A DNA stretch of 64,000 nucleotides, from the NCBI RefSeq assembly GCF_009914755.1, contig NC_060944.1; one strand, given 5' to 3'. Source of the DNA: the human T2T-CHM13v2.0 reference genome, Homo sapiens. The notes beneath the pieces are model-generated. The model saw only the letters and a list, made by a program, of their open reading frames with translations. It did not search any database and was not told the origin of the DNA. Positions 1 to 12,206 of the stretch are shown here, piece after piece (position 1 is the stretch's first letter; every line of letters starts with the position of its first letter). The position numbers and the translations under genes were made by a program.

Positions 1-138
1 GAGCCTGACATGGGCTTGGCCCAGCCCGAGGCTTTGTTTGTTTGCTGGGGACCTGGCGTGACATGTCCTGGGCAGAGCGTGAGTATGCAGAGAAAGCAGA
101 GGCCCTAGTGGCATGAGAACCATCTGGGGCTTCCTCAC

Positions 139-238
139 CCCTCTCCAGGGCACCCTGCAGTCCACACTATTCTCCCAGAAAGGCCAGGATGGGGTCTGAT
201 GGCGAAAAGCACTCCTGCCCAAAAGGGCTCTCCTGCAG
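139..238 (-). other. CHRNA4: Candidate cryptic (frameshifting) exon in CHRNA4 intron 4
   Basis: Acceptor TCTTTGCCCCCACCCTTGACAG| (AG at 240-239) and candidate donor GGG|GTGAGG at 138, giving 100 nt. The donor assignment is inference. Confidence 0.45.
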
Positions 239-585
239 CTGTCAAGGGTGGGGGCAAAGACGTCGCGGGTCAGGAGCCAGCCCCCAGGCCTCAGGACTGG
301 TCCAGGCAGGGACACTGTGTCCAGGTGCCATAGCCACTCTCAGGCCCCTCCGGCTCTGACGCTCCAGTGCTGAGACCCAGGGATGCCCTCAGCCTCTTTG
401 CTGGCCTGGGGGGACCCTTCCCTCCTCAACCCACACCAATTTCTCCATTGCTCCTGCTTCTTCCTTCCTGGGCCTGGGCTGGCATGCATGGGGCTGGCAT
501 AGGCCCCGCTGGGCCAGGCTGGGCCTTGGTGGAGCTCCCTGTCTGGGCAGGGGCAGGCCCTGGCCACTCCTGCCCACCAAGGCCC

Positions 586-1009
<424 letters not shown>

Positions 1010-1013
1010 TCAC

Positions 1014-1058
1014 CTGCTTCACCCATACGTTCGTGGTCATCATCTGGTTCTTCTCATC
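1014..1058 (-). CDS. CHRNA4: CHRNA4 exon 3 (DEKNQMMTTNVWVKQ)
   Basis: CCCTAG| acceptor and CAG|GTGAGT donor. The 45-nt exon encodes the conserved nAChR motif DEKNQMMTTNVW. Confidence 0.97.
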
Positions 1059-1606
1059 CTAGGGCACCGAGAGAGGAAGGGGGCCAGTGACCCCTTGGTG
1101 TCTTTCTCTGGCCCTAGGTTTCCTCATCTACAGCCACTGGCACAAGGACACGGCCAGGGCAAGATATGGTGGACGGGCGACCTGTGGAGGGGGTGAGTGC
1201 CCCGTCCCTGGAGGCAGCCGAGCCCAGGATGGGGACTCTGAGGGGACCTAGGGATGTGGGGACAAGGCCACAAACATCTCCAGCAGGAAACTGGAGAGGA
1301 GTCGGCGGCCTCACAGGCTTCCCCAGCTAAGGACAGGTGTGGCGGGCATGGAGAGCCTCCTTCTGCCCACCTGCCTTGCTCCCTCCCGGCCCTTGGGGGC
1401 AGCCCCTCTGCAGACAAGGCCCCCATGTGGGCACACACAGCCAGCAAAGCTGCCCCTGGCACATAAGTGGGTTCCACTGCTGGCCAGGGTGGCCCCTCCA
1501 GGACTGTGCCTCATGACCTGAGCAGGTGGGACCTGTCACTCAAGGTCACTGTGTGCAGCTGGGCCACTCACCCCAGCCCCTTCCGACCCACCCCACCCAC
1601 CTCCTT

Positions 1607-1912
1607 CCACATCCCCACAGGACCACGTCCCCACCGACCACATCGCCATGGACCACATCTCCATGGACCACATCCCCACAGAACCACATCCCCACAGGAC
1701 TACATCCCACAGGACCACGTCTCCACGGACCACGTCCCCACAGAACCACATCCCCACAGGACCACATTCCCACAGGACCACGTCTCCACGGACCGTGTCC
1801 CCACAGGACCACGTCTCCACTGACCATGTCCCCACAGGACCACGTCCCACAGACCACGTCCCCACAGACCATGTCTCCGTGCAGGGCCATATCTCCCCAC
1901 AGGACCTCATCC
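1607..1912 (+). repeat. ~15-16 bp minisatellite (CCACATCCCCACAGGA-like) in CHRNA4 intron 2
   Basis: About 19 degenerate tandem copies. Confidence 0.9.
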
Positions 1913-4109
1913 CGTGTGTCTGAGGAAGCTCCAGGGTCCTCAGAACCAGCTTCACGTGGCCAGGCCTGGCCCTCCTGCCCAGTGTCGTGCCCTACCCCCT
2001 TGCAGCCGTCATTCTCAGTCGCCCTTGAAGCTGGAGGGCAGGTCAACACTGCACATTTCACCACCACTCAGCACTGGCCTGGGCTGGTTGGAAAAGCACT
2101 GGGTCTTCCAGACCCTCCTCTGCAGCCAGTCCTGGGGCCTGAGCTCACACGTGCAGCTCACAAGCCCTCCCCTCCAGGACAGACCCTGGTGATGGCACCT
2201 ATAACAAGTATCCGAGCCCGCAAAGGGGGCACAGGTGAATCCCCAGCCCCTGGTGGGACGGCAGAGTGGGCCAGACACAAGGCAGCCCCTTCCACATACA
2301 CGTGGTCCTCAGCCTTAGGCCAGCACCCAGGAGCATCAGGCAGCCCCTTCCGTGCACACGTGGCCCTCGGCCTTGGGCACCCAGGAGCGTCAGCACCCAC
2401 GTGTGCATGTTCGTGTAAGTCCTTAGTCGGCTGCAGGGTGGAGAGAGGGGTGGGCAGCTCTGGGAGTCTTGGTTCTGGGTGTGCTCCAGGCCTCAATGTC
2501 TCCTGGGCAAACTGGGGACTCTGTGGTGGCGTAGGGAGCCATGGATTGAGCCCTGAGAAGCTCAGGTAGGCAGCCAGGTGGGGGGTGGCAGACCCAGAGC
2601 CTTGGGCAGCTGCCAGCGGCCGCCTCTGCCAGCTATCACTTTGCAGCCGTGTTTGCAAACCTCAGCAGGCTTGCCAAGCCTGTGCAACCCGCATTGTCTT
2701 CTGGCTGGGCCTCCGCCAGGGACACTCCACAGGAGCCACTCAGGGGCAGCTCCAGGACACTGAGGCTGGAGGTCTGGGTGGCCAACCCTGGACGGGGCTG
2801 GCTGACTGGAGTCTCCATGCGCTGCCCTGCATGGGCAACTGCCACCACTGAGCAGCCTGTCCGCGGGAATGTGGCTGCAGCTCCCCACACCTCCCAAAAG
2901 CCCCTGGGGTGTGGCCCACTCAGCCTGGGATAGTGAAGCAGCTCTCACCCCGTTTCACAGGCCCCAGGCCCAGGGTTACCCAACACGCACGGCACCAGCC
3001 TCCCAAAGAGAGGAAATTCTCCCGCAACCCGGTGGCTCCTCCCTCAGCGGCAGACCCAGGCTTGGCATCCTGGCAAGGTGTGGGCTGGGCCTCTACAGCA
3101 TACAAATGCCTCCCCATGTGGGGGTGCCCTCCCTGGACCAGCGAGCTGGGATTTGGCAGCAGGGCTGGAGCTGGCGGACTTCAGTGTGGAAGACGAGCCC
3201 CTGCAGCTCAGCTGGCCATTGGCTGCCCACTCGCAAGTGGGCCAGCTCCCAGAGACCATGGCCTGCCCAACCTGCCCTCCTCCATGGTGGCAGCCCCCAG
3301 GCTATGCACCCCCACCCAGCCAGGTACCCTGAGGGATGGTCTCACCCCATTTGGAGTGGCTGAGCCTGGCTGGGAAACGTGGAAATGTCTCTGCTGCCCC
3401 TTACCCGGCCCCTCCAGGGCCGCCGAGACCCCCAGACAGTCTGGCTCAGGCCTGGGTAGGTAACCAAGCATCTCAACCGAGCACAAGGCCGAGCCTCCCG
3501 CAGCTCAGTTCTCTCAGCCTCGAAGCCTCCTGGTTCCTATCCCTGCCTTGGGGCTCCATGTGCACTGGCCCACGCTGCAGGGGCCTGGCTGGACCAGTAG
3601 GCTTCCTCCCAGCAGCCTCCTGGGCCCCCCACCAGAAAGGAAACATACTTCAGACAAACAGAACTCGCCCAAGACTCCCCCAAACCCCACATTCCAGATC
3701 TGTGGGTGAGGGGCCTCTGGGGCCAGCTAAGGTTGGGGTGCTGCCGGGACACCACAGTGCCTGCTCCTGCCCCGGCCCCTGCCCCGGCCGGTTGTCCCTG
3801 TTGCTCCGAGGTCACAGCGTGCCCCGCCACCCCCAAGCAAGGCCTTTGCTGTTCTTTGCTTCCGAAGGTGCCTGGGCTCTGTACTGAGAACCTGGCCACT
3901 TGGAGTGTTCCCACGTCAAGGGGGAGGAAAGGGCAGGGCCTGGCTGGGACGCTCTGAATCAACCCTTGGCTGGGGCTCAGGCGGGGCAGAGCTGGTGGCT
4001 GTCGTTCTGACGTACCAGCCCGGGCCGGACACTCACAGCCACGGGGAGTGTTGATGGCTGTGTCCCCTCTGCCCACCCAGACCCCTGTGCTCCTTGCAGG
4101 GCGACCTCA

Positions 4110-4319
<210 letters not shown>

Positions 4320-4440
4320 TCAGGTGCAGGCGGGACAGGAGCCGGGAGCTGTCCAGGAGCTCTCCAGGCTGCCCCAGCCCCCTACCCAGCACGTCCACTT
4401 CCTTTCAGCTCCTCACATGAGCCCTTCCCACCCCAGGACC

Positions 4441-4572
4441 TGTGTGTGTGCCGGGCGTGCGCTGTGTGTGTGTGTGTGCGCGCCGGGCGTGCGCTGTGTG
4501 TGTGTGTGTGTGTGCCGGGCGTGCGCTGTGTGTGTGTGTGTGTGTGTGTGTGTGCCGGGCGTGGCGTGCGCT
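4441..4572 (+). repeat. Compound (TG)n-CCGGGCGTGCGC microsatellite in CHRNA4 intron 1
   Basis: Four (TG)n runs separated by CCGGGCGTGCGC, about 150 nt upstream of the exon-2 acceptor. Confidence 0.92.
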
Positions 4573-5541
4573 GCCCTCTCTTGGCCTCCGGCTCTCTCCC
4601 ACCCCTGGGTGTAATTGTGATTTCCTCGGGGAAGCTTCCCAGGCCCCTCAGCCCACGGAGGCCTTCCCAGCACCTTGACCGCACCACAAAACCAGGCGGC
4701 GGATGGGCCGAGGACTGCTTTGGGTCTCCTGTCACACTGACTTCCAGGGAAGGGCTGTGTCTCTAGCAGCTGGCGAGTCAGAGGACACTCGGGGGTAACA
4801 GCAGCAAAGGAGGGAGTACAGGGCAGCGGGGCCAGCCCAGGCAGGAAGAGGGAGGAAGGGGAAGGAGGATCGGGCCCCCACAAGCGCCCGCTTCCTACGG
4901 AACCTCCCCTGGTTCATCAATCCCCTGATGCCCGAGGAGTGTTTCAGATGCAGACCCCAACGAGGTGCCAGCCCCCTCCGCACCCCAGCCTGCCCGTGCT
5001 GTTGGGCAGACCCAGAACGCCCCTGATGAGTCGCTCTGGAGGAGCACAGCCCTAGGTCCATCTGTGCTCCAGGTCCGGGGCCCCAGGATCTGAGGCATTC
5101 CCCGCCTGTCCTGGGCGCTGCCATAAGGGGCGGGTCTGGGCGGAGGGGGAGACCTCCACCTCCCTGGTGGGTCCCGCTGGCCTGAGAGCGCAGACAGGAC
5201 TCGGGGAGGGGGAGGGGTCAGTTCTACACCCCTGGGAGCCTTGACTCCCAGCCCAGAGTCCCCACCCGCGACCTTGTTCTTCCTGCAGAAAAGGTGGGTG
5301 GCGGCCGCCAAGGGCAGAGGCCACCCCTCTGATCCCCTAAACCGGAGGAAGCAGGCATGGGGGTCTTCAGGGAAATTTAGCTGGATGGATGGGGGAAGGG
5401 CGAAGGTGGCCCCACCTCTGCTCAAGTTCGAGCTTTTGGGGCCAGCCCTGAAATAGCAGCGGAACCCCCCACACCCCGCGGAAAGCCCCTTTCCCAGCCC
5501 TCCGCATTCGCCGGCGGTCAACTCCCTCCTCGCCTGGCTCA

Positions 5542-5811
<270 letters not shown>

Positions 5812-5871
5812 CTAGATGCGGGCGGCTCCCGGCTCCCCGCCGCTTCGAGGCCCGTGCGCGCCCAACTTCAT
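5812..5871 (-). other. uORF in the CHRNA4 5' UTR ([19 protein letters not shown]), in frame with the main CDS
   Basis: ATG at 5871 (GGC-ATG-A) and TAG at 5814-5812, 21 nt before the main ATG. Confidence 0.75.
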
Positions 5872-6017
5872 GCCTCCCGCGCCTCGCGGGCCGCTTCGGC
5901 CGCCGGGCCCGGTTCGTCTTCTCCTGTGGGGCGCGGTGCGGCGGCGGCGCGGCAGGGAGCGCCGGGCTGTGGACTCCGTGGCGCGGCCCCGCCCGGCCCT
6001 GCCCGCCTCAGCCGGCT

Positions 6018-7380
6018 GGGAGGGGGAGCAGGGGAGGGGGGAGGAGGGGGAGCAGGGGAGGGGGGAGGAGGGGGAGCAGGGGAGTGGGGAGGAGGGGGAG
6101 CTGGGGAGTGGGGAGGAGGGGGAGCAGGGGAGGGGGGAGGAGGGGAGCAGGGGAGGGGGGAGGAGGGGAGCAGGGGAGGGGGGAGGCGGGGGAGCTGGGG
6201 AGGGGGGAGGCGGGGGAGCAGGGGAGGGGGGAGGCGGGGGAGCAGGGGAGGGGGGAGGCGGGGGAGCAGGGGAGGGGGGAGGCGGGGGAGCAGGGGAGGG
6301 GGGAGGCGGGGGAGCAGGGGAGGGGGGAGGCGGGGGAGCAGGGGAGGGGGGAGGCGGGGGAGCAGGGGAGGGGGGAGGCGGGGAGCAGGGGAGGGGGAGG
6401 AGGGGGAGCAGGGGAGGGGGGAGGAGGGGTGCAGGGGAGGGGGGAGGAGGGGGAGCAGGGGAGGGGGGAGGAGGGGGAGCAGGGGAGGGGGGAGGAGGGG
6501 AGCTGGGGAGGGGGGAGGAGGGGAGCAGGGGAGGGGGAGGAGGGTGAGCAGGGGAGGGGGAGGAGGGTGAGCGGGGGAGGGGGGAGGAGGGGGAGCGGGG
6601 GAGGGGGGAGGAGGGGGAGCGGGGGAGGGGGGAGGAGGGGGAGCGGGGGAGGGGGGAGGAGGGGAGCGGGGGAGGGGGGAGGAGGGGAGCGGGGGAGGGG
6701 GGGAGGAGGGGGAGCGGGGGAGGGGGGAGGAGGGGGAGCGGGGGAGGGGGGAGGAGGGGGAGCGGGGGAGGAGGGGAGCAGGGGAGGGGGGAGGAGGGGA
6801 GCTGGGGAGGGGGGAGGAGGGGGAGCAGGGGAGGGGGGAGGAGGGGGAGCAGGGGAGGGGGGAGGAGGGGGAGCAGGGGAGGGGGGAGGAGGGGGAGCAG
6901 GGTAGGGGGGAGGAGGGGGAGCAGGGTAGGGGGGAGGAGGGGGAGCTGGGGAGGGGGGAGGAGGGGGAGCAGGGGAGGGGGGAGGAGGGGGAGCAGGGGA
7001 GGGGGAGGAGGGGGAGCAGGGGAGGGGGGAGGAGGGGGAGCTGGGGAGGAGGGGGAGCAGGGGAGGGGGGAGGAGGGGGAGCAGGGGAGGGGGAGGAGGG
7101 GGGGCAGGGGAGGGGGGAGGAGGGGGAGCTGGGGAGGAGGGGGAGCAGGGGAGGGGGAGGAGGGGGAGCAGGGGAGAGGGGAGGAGGGGGAGCTGGGGAG
7201 GGGGAGGAGGGGGAGCTGGGGAGGGGGAGGAGGGGGAGCAGGGGAGGGGGGAGGAGGGGGAGCAGGGGAGGGGGGAGGAGGGGGAGCAGGGGAGGGGGGA
7301 GGAGGGGGAGCAGTGGAGGGGGGAGAAGAGGAGGGGGGAGGAGGAGGGGGAGGGAACGGAGAGAGAAAAGGGAGGAGGGA
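6018..7380 (+). repeat. G/A-rich minisatellite, ~24-bp unit GCAGGGGAGGGGGGAGGAGGGGGA, roughly 55 degenerate copies
   Basis: GCA anchors recur with period 24 (6028, 6052, ...). One strand is almost purely purine. Variant sub-blocks include GGCGGGG, GAGCGGGG and GGTAGG. Confidence 0.97.
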
Positions 7381-7404
7381 GCAAGGGCCAGGGAGAATGA
7401 GCAG

Positions 7405-8170
7405 GGATGGACCGCGCGCCCAGGGGGACGGGGAGGCTGCGCTGGGCCCCGGACGGGGGTAAAGTTTCCTTGTTCTCCTGGGGTTCGAGACGTGCCTGAG
7501 CCGGGGACGGGGACCCCGGGGTCACTGAGTGCGACTGGGGGGTCCCGGAGTCAGTCTGACCTCCCTCCCCACATCTCCAGCCTGGGCGCCCGCTCCCTGC
7601 CTGCAGGGGTGGGGGGCACATCTAGGGGATCCGGCGCAAGGAGGGGCACCCCTAGCACATCTGGGTTACTCCATCGCGCCAGCCGGTGTCTGCAGCCTGA
7701 AAATCGCGTCTCTGGTCTTGTTCCCCAGCGAGCCGTTCAGGACTCTCTGTCCGCCTGCAGCCCCTGCCTTCCCTGGTACCTCCGCCGAGACCCAAGAGGC
7801 GTCCAGAGGGGAGCCCAGGCGCACGGTCCCCAGGGAGGGGCCCCGCCCTCAGGTGGGTGCCGAGGTGGCCGCCCACAGAGCAGCAGGTGCGTTGGAGGAG
7901 GGGCGCCTTGTGCGGCTGAATCTCGTGTGCAGGAGGAGAGGGCGAGGCTCTGCAGAAACATCAGACCCGGCCATCCCTGTAGCCGCGCCCCTGGCCCAGC
8001 CTCAGGCTCTGCAGCTGGGACACAGCCCCCGAAAACGGAGATTTCCGTCGTCGGTAATGGAAGGCAGAGCAGAAGGGGCTGGAGAGGTCCGGTGACCCTC
8101 CGCATTCACGCCCCTCCCTCCAAGGCTGCAAGGCTGCTGGTCGGGCGAGGGGGCTCCGTCAGGAGTTCCC
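7405..8170. promoter_or_regulatory. Distal CpG-rich segment upstream of CHRNA4 (second part of the island, beyond the VNTR)
   Basis: Retained CpGs (for example ACCGCGCGCC, ATCGCGCC, AATCGCGTC) immediately right of the polypurine array. Confidence 0.6.
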
Positions 8171-8644
8171 TGCAGCAACCCCCTCTCCAGCACAGGCCTC
8201 TGGAGCCCTACAGCTCCTGCCCCTCCCATCGCCTCTCCCATCTCCCCTGTCCCTACCCCCCACCTTCCTTCTCCTCCTCCCCCCAGCTTCCCTGAGCAGC
8301 CACTGCTCCTGCCCACCTCTCTCCCCACTCCCTGCCCACCTCTGGTTCCAGGTTGAGCTCATGGCTCCTCATACACCTGCTTTGGGACGGGCAGGAGCTC
8401 TTCCTCACTGGCCAGAGCTGTCTGTCCGCTCTGTGGGCAGTGCCTACAATTAGAGCTTTCAGAACACACAGCCGCTGCACAGTGGCTGGTCCAACGACGA
8501 CACTGCCCTCCTGAATTGCCTGGTCCAGCGACAACACCTGCCCTGCTTCTGTGGCCTTCCCACATGCTGGTCCAAGCAAGCTGGATGCAGGGACCCCCTG
8601 CACTTCCACGGCCCCCTTGAGGTGGCCTCTTCAATTGTCCCTAC

Positions 8645-8750
8645 GTTACCAAAGAGATAACACAGGTGCGGAGAGGCCGAGCGACTTGCCGAAGCTCACA
8701 GTCAGTACTGGGATTCCAACCCAGGCCATCTGGCTTTAGGGTCTGCACCC
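8645..8750. mobile_element. MIR SINE fragment
   Basis: GGAGAGGCCGAGCGACTTGCCGAAGCTCACA...GGGATTCCAACCCAGG resembles the MIR core. Confidence 0.6.
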
Positions 8751-9719
8751 CGGCCTCCTGCTGGCCTCAGATGTAGTTTTGGGCTGACGTGCCCTCACTG
8801 GGACAGCCTCCTGGGAGATCCCAGGTCTACTTTCCTGAACTCTTTCCTGGAGCCATGGGTGTCTGCCACCCACCCTGCTGACGGCTCTCCCTCAGACCAC
8901 CCTGCAGATCCAACCCTCGATGGTTTCAAGGGCCTGTTTCCCTAGGCAGACTGAAGTCCCCCAAGGAAGGATTCCCTCTCCTCCTCCTCCTCTCCTTGCT
9001 CTTCCCAAGCCCCTGGGCAGTGCAAGACCCTGGTCCTTCTGGCCTACATGAAGCCCCTCCATGGGCCAGTTCTGTGCCAGGAACTAGAAGGTTCCAAGCT
9101 GGATGGATATTTGGGCTGAGCAAGCAGCTGGTAAACACAGGGAGGGGAGAAGAGCAAAGTCCCCCGAGGCCCCGTGAGGGCAGCCTGCTGACCTCTGACC
9201 TCTGACCCACTCACAGAACCCCACCCCCGCTCCCTGCGGCACAGCCCATGAGGCTCTCTGCTTAGGAAGGGGACAGAGAGGTGGCAAGGCCAGCGGTTCC
9301 CGCATGGTATAGACTGGCCTCTGCCCTTTGGTTCAGGCCCCACCTTGGTGAGAAGCCCCTGCCTGTGGTGTCGCAGAGCAAATGCCATTGGCAGAGCCAA
9401 ATCCACATTCTTTTGTGAGTGGAGAGGCCAGCCGTGCTGCGGTCCCTGCTGGAGCCCCTGTGACACGGGGTTATCGTTTCTCTGACTTGGCAGCTGGCCG
9501 AAACGGGGCTCTTCTGCTGATAAAGTGATGTCCACTCGTGGGTTCCACACCCTCGTGGGTGCCTCACCCTCCCGTGGCAAACCAAAGACCTCTTTGGGAA
9601 GAGGACACCCCTGCTCCTGCACTTGGGCTCATGGTTTCCCCCTGGACTTGTTAAAATCGAGGCCTCCTGTGGAGATTATCTGGGGTCACAGCAGAGCGGG
9701 GGGCGTGTGGTGAGCTGGG

Positions 9720-9925
9720 TGAATCCCTGAAGGGCCACGGGTGTCCACTCAGCCGTGCGTGGGGGCGTTTGTTTAACTCCAGATTCTGGAGCTCCACCCT
9801 CAGAGACTGTTCAGTCTGGGGTGAGGCCTCCAAATCTGTGGCTTCCACCAGCCATTGCTGGCAGCTCTGATGCAGGCGGCCTCAGAGTGCCCGGAGAAAT
9901 GTCAGCTTAGAGCCACTTGGCCCAG
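9720..9925. mobile_element. Possible MER5-type DNA transposon relic
   Basis: CAGATTCTGGAGCTCCACCCTCAGAGACT...TCTGGGGTGAGGCC...AATCTG...CTGATGCAG resembles MER5 (from memory). Confidence 0.4.
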
Positions 9926-10628
9926 GGCTGATGTGGAGGGTCAGGGTTCCCCACCGCAGCCAGGGCTCAGCCCGAACCTGGTGTCCTGGCCTGGGGCAGG
10001 GGCTGGAATTTGTCCCCCGTTGGTGCAGGGGAAGAGGCCGTGGGCCTCGGCAGGAGCCTAGCAGAGGCTCTGAGACTAAGCCAGCTTTGCCTTTTCTGTC
10101 TCCTCCTCACTTTTCTAACAAAACAGGCCCAGGCTTCCACAGGGTCAAGCGGTCTCAAGCCGGCGGCTCTCCCTGGTGGATTCCTGCAGGTGAGTTCACT
10201 CTGAGAGCTCAGCCAGGGCCAGCAGGCCTGTCTCTCCCGGAGCCAGGGGCCAGGCCGGGTCAGCTGGACGCCCGGGGCTCTGGTGACACAGCCCTGCGGC
10301 CGAGTGCACACGCTCACACACATCTGTCCAACCTCACTGGCTTTCCCTTTGGATTTGCTAATGCAGCAAGATTAATCAGGTCTAACTCATTAATTTGCAC
10401 AGCCCCTCCCTCCCACCTGCGCCCGCTGGAGAGCGCTGGTTGTGGGAACCCAGTAATCACCGAGGCTGAATTAGATTCCTACTCCACATCCTGGCCCTTG
10501 CCTCTGCTGCTCCTGAAATTGCTGCTTCAAAGGAAACAAAAACTCTGGATTCAAAGTCCAGTGAGACCAGATTTGGGGGCACAGCTTTTCTGTGGCCTGA
10601 GCCGCCCTAGGGGGCTTGCGGGTAGGTT

Positions 10629-10728
10629 GGGGGACACTACCAGGCCCTTGCAGACACCAGCCCCCGCCCCCCACCCTGGGGGACACAACCAGGCCCTTGC
10701 AGACACCAGCCCCTGCCCCCCACCCTCC
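10629..10728 (+). repeat. ~49-bp tandem duplication
   Basis: GGGGACAC(T/A)ACCAGGCCCTTGCAGACACCAGCCCC(C/T)GCCCCCCACCCT occurs twice. Confidence 0.8.
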
Positions 10729-12043
10729 CCATGTCACCACCAACTCCAGGCTGCCACTGGCTACGGTGCAAAGCAGCTCCCCTGGGAGCACGGCTCTGGG
10801 GGTGATTTTTCTCTCTCCCTCACTGCTGTCTACCTGCCCATGGTAACCGAGGGTTTGTAGTAAAGGTGAGCATTGCGGGGCACCAGCTGAGCCTGAGCCG
10901 CACCCAAGGAGATGGCTGTGGGAGGCAGGAGGCATCCAGCCCCAGGTCCCAGTGCTGGGACGCGCTGTGGGCTCAGCCCATGGACAGGGGGCCCTGCCTG
11001 TGCTCCCATCCCCCCCAAGGGCCTCCCCCTCCTGCAGCTGGGCCTCGCCCATCCCTACCGTGCTCTGTGGAAACTCTGTCCCACCCAGCACCCCTGAGAG
11101 AAAGGGGAAGCCCGGGGAAGGGCAGCACTCCCCCACCTGCTCTGCCCGACTGTCTTCCTGGCACTCTTCACACCAAACGTCATGCGTCTGCTCTCTGCTG
11201 GCCTCCCCTGTCCCCCACCTGCCAACAGTGCCAGTCCTTGAGGGCAGGTCTGGGCTTGGCAGGCGAAGCCTGGCTCTTGGGCCACAGTGACCACGTGGAC
11301 AGATGGACGGATGCCTGTCCAAGGGCTAAGGGAGGGTTGGCCCAGAGCAGGCCTGTCACCAGCGGCCACCTCACCCCTCCCTGGAGTGAGGACCCATGTC
11401 TGCAAGGAGTCACGGGGCCCAGGAGAGGACTGAGGAGGGTTCAGGACAGGTGGGAGCAGAAACGCTGGGGCCCCGGAGACTCAATGCTGTCAGTTCTCAC
11501 CACATTGACTTCCCTGTCATCCACCAGGACGGGCGGAGAGTAACTCTGTCCTGTAGCCTCCGTGAGTCTGGGAAGGCCTCCTCGCCCTCCCGTGGACCCG
11601 GGGGTCATGCTCACCGCCTGGTGGCCCCCAAGCACCCCTCCCTGCCAGCCCTGCCATGGGGCCCCCCCTGGAGACAGAGTGCACCCGGCCCTGCGGGAGT
11701 CCCGGCTGCTGTTCCTTCTGGGGCTATCAGGAGAGTCGGGCCTGGGCTCAGCCCCTCTGTGGGGCCAAGTCACTCGCACCCCTTCTGTGGGGCCTGAGCC
11801 CCATGCTTTGCTGCTCACCTGAGTCTGGCCTGCGTCCCTCCGACCCTGTTCCTCTGAGGCGGGAAAACGAAGAGGCCACACAAGTGAGCAGTGTCACCTG
11901 CCCCTTCACAGACATGAGCACCCCATGGATGAGAGTGGCCTTCTGGAGCCTCACCAGAGCCCAGGTGCTCCCCACTGCATCCCCAGGCCTGGCTCCCTGC
12001 CCCCGGCTGTGCTCTCAACTCCCTGCCCTCGGCTGCGCTCCCA

Positions 12044-12206
12044 GCTCCCTGCCCTCTCCTGGTGCTCCCTGCCCTCTCCTAGTGCTCCCTGCCCTCTCCT
12101 GGTGCTCCCTGCCCTCTCCTAGTGCTCCCTGCCCTCTCCTGGTGCTCCCTGCCCTCTCCTGGTGCTCCCTGCCCTCTCCTGGTGCTCCCTGCCCTCTCCT
12201 GGTGCT
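12044..12206 (+). repeat. 20-bp minisatellite GCTCCCTGCCCTCTCCT(G/A)GT, 8 copies
   Basis: Near-perfect copies with period 20. Confidence 0.95.

Noticed and set aside
6008-7621. 537-aa Pro-rich minus-strand ORF
   Set aside because: It is a translation of the C/T-rich strand of the 24-bp VNTR. The lack of stops is compositional and it has no true ATG start.
12044-12206. RE1/NRSE-like half-sites in the 20-bp repeat, and at ~25478-25500 and ~59661-59680
   Set aside because: Spacing and key bases deviate from TTCAGCACCNNGGACAG. I saw no convincing canonical REST site.
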